Positions 1 through 6,964 of a stretch of DNA of 64,000 bases are shown here, piece after piece. The stretch's first letter is position 1; each line of letters begins with the position of its first letter. Source of the stretch: an uncultured Candidatus Peregrinibacteria bacterium (GTDB lineage: Bacteria; Patescibacteriota; Gracilibacteria; Peribacterales; Peribacteraceae); the NCBI GenBank assembly GCA_903854335.1, contig CAINVY010000011.1:3007-67006 (forward strand), written 5' to 3'. The position numbers and the translations under genes were made by a program. The notes under the pieces were generated by a model. That model did not search any database. It had not been told where the DNA came from and saw only the letters and a program-made list of their open reading frames with translations.

Positions 1-558
1 CTTTGGAGTTCTTTCAGGAAGGAGGGCGATGGAATGTTGATTCGACATCCGTGGCCGACCGCGGTTGCTTCCGATGCTCAGGGGCAAGCGGCAGCCGGCA
101 ATTTTCAGATTATTGTTGATGTCATTACCGCTATCCGAAAGCTCCGCAGTGATCAGAGTGTGGAGCCTGGGAAGCAGGTCGATGTCACGATCGTGACGAG
201 CAAGCATAAGGATCTTCTCGCCTCCGAGCAGGAGCATATCAAGAGGATTTCTCGCGTTGGAACGCTTCACATTGCGATTAAGTCTGGAAATATTCAGAAC
301 GTCGCATCCGCTTTTCTTACGGATTTGGAAGTACACTTGTCGCTCGAAGGATTGATCGACATAGAGAAAGAGCGGGCAGGTTTGGAGAAGGAGCGTTCTC
401 AGTTACAGGGATATCTCGCAGCTTCGCAGGCGAAATTGCAGGATGATACGTTCATTTCCCGCGCCCCCGAGAGAGTAGTGCAAGCGGAGCGGGAAAAGAT
501 GAAGGAAATTGAGCAGAAGCTCTCGAAAATCGAGGAGAGATTCAAGAGTTTGTCTTAG
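1..558 (+). CDS. valS: Valyl-tRNA synthetase, C-terminal fragment (5' end outside the window)
   Basis: Frame 1 is open from base 1. The coiled-coil tail (QGYLAASQAKLQDDTFISRAPERVVQAEREKMKEIEQKL) is typical of the ValRS C-terminal domain. Confidence 0.75.
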   Translation, partial: LWSSFRKEGDGMLIRHPWPTAVASDAQGQAAAGNFQIIVDVITAIRKLRSDQSVEPGKQVDVTIVTSKHKDLLASEQEHIKRISRVGTLHIAIKSGNIQNVASAFLTDLEVHLSLEGLIDIEKERAGLEKERSQLQGYLAASQAKLQDDTFISRAPERVVQAEREKMKEIEQKLSKIEERFKSLS

Positions 559-580
559 TTACGAATTACAAGTCGCTGTA

Positions 581-1819
581 CTATTGTTTATAGTACGGCA
601 AACCGGGCTTCTTTGTTCCTGTTTGTACTTGCATGGCTGATCCTCTCGTTACGGAGTTCCTTCCGAACTTTTCGTGCAGTGCATCGATCGTGCTCTGCAC
701 ATTCTCTTCCCTGATTGCTTTTTTTGGTTCTTCGAAGAGGGAGAACTGAAGCGCGCCATGTGGGTGAAGGCCCCACAGTGCTATCCCTGCTTGCGTACAC
801 ATCTCATCTTTTCGTAGCAACTCAAGAAGACACTGACGTACAAACGGTTGAATGGTTTCTTCCGTTTCCAATGCGTGGGGCAGAGAGCAGTGGGCGCTGC
901 GATACGCATACTGTCCGTCGCGGATCCAAACTGAGACTCCTCTGCAGGAGAGGCGCTCGCGGCGCATTTTCAGGATCGCGTACTCGAGGTGCCGCAGTAC
1001 GTGTGCCCAGAGGAATGCATGGTCTCTCGAAGGTGGAAAGCTTCGGGCGCGGGAAATGGATTTTGGAGGCGTGGAGTCTACGACTAGTGCGTACATCGAT
1101 TCTCCGCGGAGCTCTGCCGCCAGTTCTATGCCCGGCCTTCCGAAGAGATGTTTCAATTTCTGCGCATCGGCTTGTGCGATATCCCAGGCCGTTTTCCATC
1201 CTTCTCCTTCGCATTTCGTCTGCCTGCGCGGTCCGATGCCCGGAATAGCCGCCGCCGGACGGTCGAGGAGGAAGGTTTGGAGATCCAGAGAATCAGTAAA
1301 CGTGTCATGGTGAGGAGGCCGAAGGTGACATGTTTTGATCACGGTGACGCCTCCCGGTTTTCGATATTCGCTCGCCATCTTGGCCAGCGTCTTGCTCGCG
1401 GCGATACCGACGGATACCGAGAGGCTTGTGGCGAGGAGAACGTTTTGGCGCAGAGTCTTGGCAAAGTCGGAAAGGTCTTTTGGCGTTCCTCCGACAACGG
1501 CAGAGAGATCGAGGAACCACTCGTCGATGGACATTTGTTCGATGTGCGGAGAAATGCCCTGTAAAACGGATTCGATCTGCTGCGACGCCAGTCCTGTTTC
1601 CTGGAAGTCCGAGGGGGCTCTGATCGCATCGGGAGCAAGATTGAGTGCGTCGCGAAGCGTCATGCCGGTCTTTATTCCCTTTGCTTTGGCCTCGTAGCTT
1701 GCGGCGATCACGCATTTTCCTCCCATGCCGAGAGCCAGGAGTTCTTTTCCCCTGAATGAGGGGTTTTTGCGCGCCAAGACAGACGCGAAAAAGGAATCGG
1801 CATCGACGTGTGCGATCAT
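581..1819 (-). CDS. dinB: Y-family DNA polymerase IV
   Basis: 412 aa. N-terminal MIAHVDADSFFASV...AASYEAKAKGIKTGM matches the ImpB/UmuC family signature. ATG at 1819. Lies 48 nt downstream of lexA on the same strand. Confidence 0.9.
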   Translation of the reverse strand: MIAHVDADSFFASVLARKNPSFRGKELLALGMGGKCVIAASYEAKAKGIKTGMTLRDALNLAPDAIRAPSDFQETGLASQQIESVLQGISPHIEQMSIDEWFLDLSAVVGGTPKDLSDFAKTLRQNVLLATSLSVSVGIAASKTLAKMASEYRKPGGVTVIKTCHLRPPHHDTFTDSLDLQTFLLDRPAAAIPGIGPRRQTKCEGEGWKTAWDIAQADAQKLKHLFGRPGIELAAELRGESMYALVVDSTPPKSISRARSFPPSRDHAFLWAHVLRHLEYAILKMRRERLSCRGVSVWIRDGQYAYRSAHCSLPHALETEETIQPFVRQCLLELLRKDEMCTQAGIALWGLHPHGALQFSLFEEPKKAIREENVQSTIDALHEKFGRNSVTRGSAMQVQTGTKKPGLPYYKQ

Positions 1820-1867
1820 AGGATGGCGCGGGAAGCGTCGGAAATTTCAAGCGCTTGCGATGTCCTC

Positions 1868-2473
1868 TCAGTATTTCCTCATCAGCCCCTTCACCACTCC
1901 CGCCACTTGCAATTCCTGCATCGCGAAGAGGTCCGGATAGGCCGGGTTCTCCGCTTGCAGATAGTACTTCCCCTTTTCTTTCTTCAATCGTTTCAGTGTG
2001 AATTCCCCGTCCAGGACGCCGACGACGATTTCGCCGACCTTCGGTTCTCTTCCACGCTCCACGATGACGAGATCTCCTTCGTTGATGCCGGCGTTGATCA
2101 TGCTGTCGCCTTTCACGCGCAGGAGGAACGTCGATGTCTTGTCTCTCACGAGGTAGTCCTCGATCGTGACGGTGTCTTCCGCCTGTTCTTCCACGGGTGC
2201 CGCGAATCCCGCGGTGATGGGGCCGAAGAGGGGGAGCGAGAGTGGTACGAAATCATTTTCCCGTTCGAGAATCTTGATGCGTCCCTTCGGATCTTTCTCG
2301 ATTTGCCTCTGGCGCGTGAGCGCGTTCACGACCTTGGCGACGGCGTTCTTGCTGCGTACGCCAAACGCGAGGGCGAGATCCTGCAGCGACGGCGAATAGC
2401 CGCGTTTCGTCTGGAATTCTCGGATGTAGCTGAGGACGGTGCGTTGGTGAGCGGTGAGCGTATCGACGGGCAT
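1868..2473 (-). CDS. lexA: LexA repressor (S24 peptidase)
   Basis: wHTH N-domain (LTAHQRTVLSYIREF..GYSPSLQDLA) plus S24 C-domain (GDSMINAGINEGDLVIVE...FTLKRL). The track start at 2527 is a TTG that coincides with the -35 hexamer. The first ATG (M19, 2473) is preferred. Confidence 0.85.
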   Translation of the reverse strand: MPVDTLTAHQRTVLSYIREFQTKRGYSPSLQDLALAFGVRSKNAVAKVVNALTRQRQIEKDPKGRIKILERENDFVPLSLPLFGPITAGFAAPVEEQAEDTVTIEDYLVRDKTSTFLLRVKGDSMINAGINEGDLVIVERGREPKVGEIVVGVLDGEFTLKRLKKEKGKYYLQAENPAYPDLFAMQELQVAGVVKGLMRKY

Positions 2474-2483
2474 ACGGCGGTGG

Positions 2484-2527
2484 GAACGAACGTGCACCAT
2501 GATAGGTGGACGTACGTTCACTGTCAA
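2484..2527 (-). promoter_or_regulatory. lexA promoter with two Cheo-type SOS boxes
   Basis: Minus strand reads TTGACA (2527-2522), a 17-nt spacer, then TATCAT (2504-2499). GAACGTACGTCC (2519-2508) fills the spacer and GCACGTTCGTTC (2495-2484) follows the -10. Each is a one-mismatch version of GAAC-N4-GTTC. Confidence 0.6.
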
Positions 2528-2563
2528 GATGCGCGAAAGGAAACCTTGTCGGTTTCCTCTCGC

Positions 2564-2629
2564 GGACTCTCTTTCCCTTCGAGGTATCGCTCCAGGCAGG
2601 CGGAGCCTGCCTTCGCGATGGTTTATTTT
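2564..2629. repeat. Intergenic hairpin repeat, about 66 nt (second copy at 26712-26778)
   Basis: ggactctctttcccttcgaggtatcgctccaggcaggcggagcctgccttcgcgatgg recurs nearly identically at 26712-26778 in the same orientation. The core hairpin is GGCAGGC-nnn-GCCTGCC. Confidence 0.8.
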
Positions 2630-2652
2630 GAATGAATCAGTGGGTCAATTCC

Positions 2653-3558
2653 TCATGCATCGATGACCGTCAGATCCTTGTTCTTCTTGAGCTCCAAATA
2701 GGTGATCGTCCACACCGCATCCTTGAAGACGTGGAGGTAGGCGAAGAAGTAGCTTGCGATGAAGATGAGGATCGTGCCGATGCCCGCTGCGACGAGAATC
2801 GTCATGAGCGGAGAGAGGATATTGATGAGAACGAAGCCGAGACCGATGATGATCGCCGGGATGAACAGGGCGAAGACGATGTTGATGATGATGCGGATGC
2901 TGATGACGAACAGGAGGAGCCACAGGAAGAGAATGTGTCCCGTGTAGCTCACGATGAATTTGAAGCTCGTACCAATGGCGGAGAAGATGCTTTCGCGGCT
3001 CACGACGACGGCGGGCTCGGCGAAGCTCGCAAGGAAGTGCAGCACGGAGGAGAGGAGCCAGAAGAAGGCGAGAATGCCGATGATGTAGAACTTCACGTCT
3101 CCGTCGATGTAGCGCAGGATGAGAGAGGAGAGCGTGACGACGTTCGTGATGCTGCCGAGGACGAAAATCTCGTGGATACCGACCATCGGGAAGAAGTTGT
3201 AGAAGGCGAGGATAGGTCCGCCCGTCAATTCTTCCTTCTTCGCCGCCTTCGCGCTGAGTCCGATGATCGCCCCCTTCGCGAGGCGCGGGAAAATCCACTC
3301 AATGACGAGCAGGAAGAGCACGGTGCCGATGATGGAGAAGAACGCCGTTTGTGAGACGTTATTTTGCAACCAGAAGACATCGTCGAAGAAGCCGACGGGA
3401 CGACCCTGGAAGTATCCCCAGATGAACCATGCTTGGTAGATGAGGAGCTTCGCGAGAAAGAGCGTTTCGAAGAAGGAGGAGAAGAGCCCCCACCGCCTCA
3501 GCGATTTCTCTCTGCGCGTAATCGTCCACGCCTCAGCGATGATCTCGCGTGGGGTCAT
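2653..3558 (-). CDS. Polytopic membrane protein, function unknown
   Basis: 301 aa with several hydrophobic helices. ATG start. The stop of the upstream LCP gene overlaps this gene's start by 4 nt. The antisense acidic ORF 2632-3354 is a shadow. Confidence 0.6.
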   Translation of the reverse strand: MTPREIIAEAWTITRREKSLRRWGLFSSFFETLFLAKLLIYQAWFIWGYFQGRPVGFFDDVFWLQNNVSQTAFFSIIGTVLFLLVIEWIFPRLAKGAIIGLSAKAAKKEELTGGPILAFYNFFPMVGIHEIFVLGSITNVVTLSSLILRYIDGDVKFYIIGILAFFWLLSSVLHFLASFAEPAVVVSRESIFSAIGTSFKFIVSYTGHILFLWLLLFVISIRIIINIVFALFIPAIIIGLGFVLINILSPLMTILVAAGIGTILIFIASYFFAYLHVFKDAVWTITYLELKKNKDLTVIDA

Positions 3559-5078
3559 TGCGGGGCCGGAAGGAGGTTTTGAATGGGGGAGTAGATGAAA
3601 TCTTTGCCGAGAACGATGGTGAGGCCGACGCCGGTCCCCGAAGCCTCAGGCGGTGGGGTAACGGGCATTTTGAAGAGAGTCGAGAAGAATTGCGCGAGAG
3701 CCATGCTCGCCGAGTCCTCGGGGAGGAGAGCAGATGTCAGTTGCACCTTCTTGTCAGGGGCATTACCGACATGCTGGGGAACGAAGTCATACCGCGTGAG
3801 TTCTGCTCCGAGCGTTCCTGCTATGCCGGGCTTACCACCTGCATTGGAGATCGTGATGGCCGGATGCGAGAGGTAGAGTGCTCGATCGCGGAAGATGAGA
3901 CGCGCGAAGCACTCGATCTGTTTCCAGGTGACGGGATTCTCGGGGATGGAAACAGGGAGCAGGACGGAGGCGCCGCCAAAGAGCGAGCGCGGAGGGTCGT
4001 AGAGGAAGCCGCCCGGCTGCGCGATGCTGCTGTAGAGGCCGTTGCTGTTCGTCAACTGCATCCCGAGGATGCGCGTTTGATCGATCTCCTGAGCCATGGA
4101 CGCGGCGCTGAGGAGATCGCTCGTCGTCATCGTGGTTTCCATGTTCGATGACAAAATCTGGTAGAGAGAAAGGATCTTTCCGGGGTTCTCGATAAGGCCC
4201 AAAGCGCGTGCCTTCTCGCCGAGTGCCTTGATTACCTGCTGCTGACGGGCCGAGCGCCCAAAGTCGCTCGTGGTGTGACGACTGCGCACGTACTTGAGCG
4301 CGGTCTCGCCGTCGAGATGCGCGGGGCCGGCACCGATGGTGAAGGTTTCATAGGAATAATTCGGTCCGGGGTAGGTGGTGTCGACGATGTTATAGGGGAC
4401 GGTGATGTTGATGCCGCCAAGCGCATCCACTGCTTGTACAAAACCGCTGAAATTGACGATCACCGCATGATGAATTTGCATATGGAGACGTCGTCCGAGT
4501 TCGTCGGAGAGTTCGTTGAGCGCGATCTTGGACGCAGCGAGCTTCGTGAGGTGTTGGGTCTTGATGAGAAGATCCTTGTAATCGCGGTAGAGCTCGTTGA
4601 TCCTTCCATTTCCCATTTTCTGGGTGTTGAGCATGTAGAGATCGCGCGGGATCGAGAGGAAGACGGCGCTGTGCGTCTTCGTGGGGTCGAGACTGACCAC
4701 CATGATCGTGTCGGTGAGGTCGATGCCGTCGTGATTGTCATCTCCGCGGCCGAGGAGAAGAAAATTCGTGTACCCGTCGCTATCGGTTGGGAGTGGAGAG
4801 GATGCGACGGACAGGAGGGAGTGCAGGCTGATGATGCGCAGGCTCATGAGCGCCTTCGCCATCCCGACGAAGAGGAGCAGTACCGTGCAGACGGAGATCA
4901 GGAGAATCGAGAACTTCTTCAAAAAGGATGCTCCTTGCCGTGGCGATTTCGTCTTATCCTTTGATGTATGTTTCGGAACGTTGGAAAGAACAGAGCGAAC
5001 GGAGGCGCCGATCTTTTTCGCGGTTTTCCATGTGCGCTTCGGCTTGTCTTCGCGGATGCGACGAGTCTTAAAAGTCAT
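3555..5078 (-). CDS. LytR-CpsA-Psr (LCP) family cell-envelope phosphotransferase
   Basis: N-terminal TM anchor followed by LLLGRGDDNHDGIDLTDTIMVVSLDP...FLSIPRDLYM, the LCP core motif. Confidence 0.85.
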   Translation of the reverse strand: MTFKTRRIREDKPKRTWKTAKKIGASVRSVLSNVPKHTSKDKTKSPRQGASFLKKFSILLISVCTVLLLFVGMAKALMSLRIISLHSLLSVASSPLPTDSDGYTNFLLLGRGDDNHDGIDLTDTIMVVSLDPTKTHSAVFLSIPRDLYMLNTQKMGNGRINELYRDYKDLLIKTQHLTKLAASKIALNELSDELGRRLHMQIHHAVIVNFSGFVQAVDALGGINITVPYNIVDTTYPGPNYSYETFTIGAGPAHLDGETALKYVRSRHTTSDFGRSARQQQVIKALGEKARALGLIENPGKILSLYQILSSNMETTMTTSDLLSAASMAQEIDQTRILGMQLTNSNGLYSSIAQPGGFLYDPPRSLFGGASVLLPVSIPENPVTWKQIECFARLIFRDRALYLSHPAITISNAGGKPGIAGTLGAELTRYDFVPQHVGNAPDKKVQLTSALLPEDSASMALAQFFSTLFKMPVTPPPEASGTGVGLTIVLGKDFIYSPIQNLLPAPQ

Positions 5079-5159
5079 CGGATGTGAGTGTAGAGGAAGC
5101 GATGGGATGCGTGAAGTCGATAGTGCGATGTTGGGTCGGCAAGTCGGTGCCCCTCTTCA

Positions 5160-5897
5160 TTATTTAAGGAACATCCACAGCAGCGCGAGAATGATCGGTT
5201 GATGCACCAGATAGATCAGCAGGGAATATCTACCGGGAAATGTGAGCGCGCGTTGCCATGGTTTCTCAAGCGGCAGATGGATCTGCAGAAGGGATCGACC
5301 GTAGAGGAGATTGCCAAGCGAAGCGCCTATCAGCACCGTGCCGAACCACGGAAAGAGAGGGAAGTAATCCACGGAAGCGAACGTTGATGGAGCAATTCCG
5401 AGCGGGAGCAGGAGGGAGGTCGAGACGGAAACGTCGTGAACCACCGGTGCGATCATGATGACGATCATTCCAAGGAGGAAATTCCATGCGCGAAGCGTGA
5501 AGAAGAATGGCAGGAGCAGGACGCTGGCTGCGATGAGGTGCAGGATGCCGAAGCGGACGTAGGTGTGAGGATCCACGATCGCCGTCGCGAGGCTTACGAG
5601 CATTCCGCAGACGAGAATCGCGAGGGCGCGGAGCGCGTACTTCTTCAGGCGAGCGTTGTAGGACGTTCCCTTTCGTTCCAACTTTTCCCAGGAGACAGCG
5701 AAGCTGACGCCGACGATCAGGAGGAAGAGATGCGCGGTGATGCGTTCGAGGAGGAGCCAGCCGAAGCTCCGGGGATCTATAGGAAAGGCGAAGAACGCGG
5801 AGAGATCGTAGACCGTGTGGTAGACGATCATCAGGAGGATGGCGAGTGCGCGCAGGAGATCGATTTCGCCGAAGCGTTCTAAGGTCGGATGCTTCAC
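5160..5897 (-). CDS. DUF1624-like integral membrane acyltransferase family protein
   Basis: 245 aa. RFGEIDLLRALAILLMIVYH N-terminal motif plus multiple TM helices. GTG start. Confidence 0.6.
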   Translation of the reverse strand: MKHPTLERFGEIDLLRALAILLMIVYHTVYDLSAFFAFPIDPRSFGWLLLERITAHLFLLIVGVSFAVSWEKLERKGTSYNARLKKYALRALAILVCGMLVSLATAIVDPHTYVRFGILHLIAASVLLLPFFFTLRAWNFLLGMIVIMIAPVVHDVSVSTSLLLPLGIAPSTFASVDYFPLFPWFGTVLIGASLGNLLYGRSLLQIHLPLEKPWQRALTFPGRYSLLIYLVHQPIILALLWMFLK

Positions 5898-5940
5898 GCG
5901 GAGAGTATAGGGGATCGTCGCCTTTCATTCTCGGGAGACC

Positions 5941-6012
5941 CTTGTCCTTCTTTCTCAAGGCGAGAAAGAAGGACGAAGAAAGCGCCTGCCTGCCGGCAGG
6001 CAGGCTCCGCGC
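5941..6012. repeat. 72-nt palindromic module (exact inverted copy at 36394-36465)
   Basis: I reverse-complemented 5941-6012 by hand and it equals 36394-36465 at 72/72 positions. It contains the palindrome CCTGCCTGCCGGCAGGCAGG and the hairpin TTCTTTCTC..GAGAAAGAA. Confidence 0.9.
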
Positions 6013-6120
6013 GCCAATGCTCCTCCGCTCGGCCCTGCGCCTTCCTCGTGGCAGCTCCAAGGTTTCGCTGCCGCTCGTCGGCGAAATGCCACGGCGGTTG
6101 CGACCGCCGTGGCACAGGGC
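6006..6120. repeat. gctccaaggtttcgc module (related copy at 36098-36205, same orientation)
   Basis: Both copies share ...gctccaaggtttcgc(t/a)gcc.. Each then ends in a different perfect hairpin: GCCACGGCGG..CCGCCGTGGC here and GTGTCCGCC..GGCGGACAC in the other copy. Confidence 0.7.
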
Positions 6121-6125
6121 GTTCC

Positions 6126-6330
6126 CCACCACCCCCCTGGCGCGCGGTTCCTACCGATGTGTGTTTTTTTGTGGGCGCCGCAGCGCGATAAATAAGAAAA
6201 ATTCCATGGTTCCCACTGGAAACCCCACCATCAATTTTGATAATTCCGCAAATTGTTACCGTTAGGAAGGTAACGGGGGTGTGGGGGGTGTAGGGAACCG
6301 AACAAGGTTCCCTCACCCCCCACGAAAAGA
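6126..6330. repeat. About 200-nt hairpin-rich element, copy A (candidate ncRNA or MITE; copy B at 52868-53068)
   Basis: Aligns with 52868-53068 over the whole length with scattered, mostly transition, differences. Hairpins: GCGC-CGCA-GCGC (6175-6186), ATGGT..ACCAT (6206-6231), GTTACC..GGTAAC (6255-6274), and GTGGGGGGTG-TA-GGGAACC-GAACAA-GGTTCCC-T-CACCCCCCAC (6281-6323). Confidence 0.8.
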
Positions 6331-6447
6331 TCATGACGAAGAATACGGTCAACTTCTTATTTAGCCCTGAGAAAGAAAGGCGATAATCATTTTCTCTCTT
6401 ACGAAGAAAGTGAAGAACTATCCGAGAAAAAGTGGCATAGTGTTCCC

Positions 6448-6900
6448 ATGCGTATCGTCCTTCAACGCGTTTCCTCCGCTTCTGTTTCCGTCGATGGCAG
6501 CATCATCGGATCTATCGGTCGAGGCTACGTACTTCTGCTTTGTGTGATGAAGGGGGACACCGAAGCGGATGTCGATCGTCTTGCGGAGAAGATCTGCGGT
6601 CTTCGTCTCTTTGATGGCGCGGACGGGAAGATCAATGATCGAAGTCTCCTCGAGATTGCCGGCGAGGTGCTCGTTATTTCGCAGTTCACGCTTGCTGCGG
6701 ATTTGGCGAAGGGACGCAGGCCCGATTACACGGCGGCAGCGGGTGCACAGGTTGCGCAGGAGCTCTATGAAGGTTTCCAAAAAAAGCTGTTGAGCTTAGG
6801 TGTGAAAATGGTGCAAGGGGGACGGTTTGGGGCCCTGATGCAGGTTTCCCTCGTCAATGACGGACCTGTCACTCTGTTGCTTGATACTGCGTTGTCGTAG
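6448..6900 (+). CDS. dtd: D-aminoacyl-tRNA deacylase
   Basis: 150 aa. MRIVLQRV...GRGYVLLLCV...VISQFTL...GRRP...NDGPVT are the canonical Dtd motifs. Confidence 0.9.
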   Translation: MRIVLQRVSSASVSVDGSIIGSIGRGYVLLLCVMKGDTEADVDRLAEKICGLRLFDGADGKINDRSLLEIAGEVLVISQFTLAADLAKGRRPDYTAAAGAQVAQELYEGFQKKLLSLGVKMVQGGRFGALMQVSLVNDGPVTLLLDTALS

Positions 6901-6964
6901 GCCAGGAAAGAGGCGATTTACTTGAACGGCAATTGCTCGTTTGTGATACGATTCTTCTCCCCCT

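Noticed and set aside
2632-3354. 240-aa extremely acidic ORF on the plus strand (D/E/R-rich)
   Set aside because: It lies exactly antisense to a convincing multi-TM membrane protein gene (2653-3558). The composition is typical of a shadow frame in G+C-rich DNA.
6126-6330. Template/variable repeat pair of a diversity-generating retroelement (with 52868-53068)
   Set aside because: The differences are mostly C/T and G/A transitions rather than adenine-specific. Neither copy lies in the 3' end of a target gene. No reverse transcriptase is present in the window.
5266-6352. ORFs 5266-6132 and 5894-6352, and 52754-53062, as small proteins encoded by the repeats
   Set aside because: They run through palindromic repeat modules. 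Between the two copies of the 200-nt element almost every nucleotide difference changes the amino acid, and an indel shifts the frame. There is therefore no sign of selection for coding.
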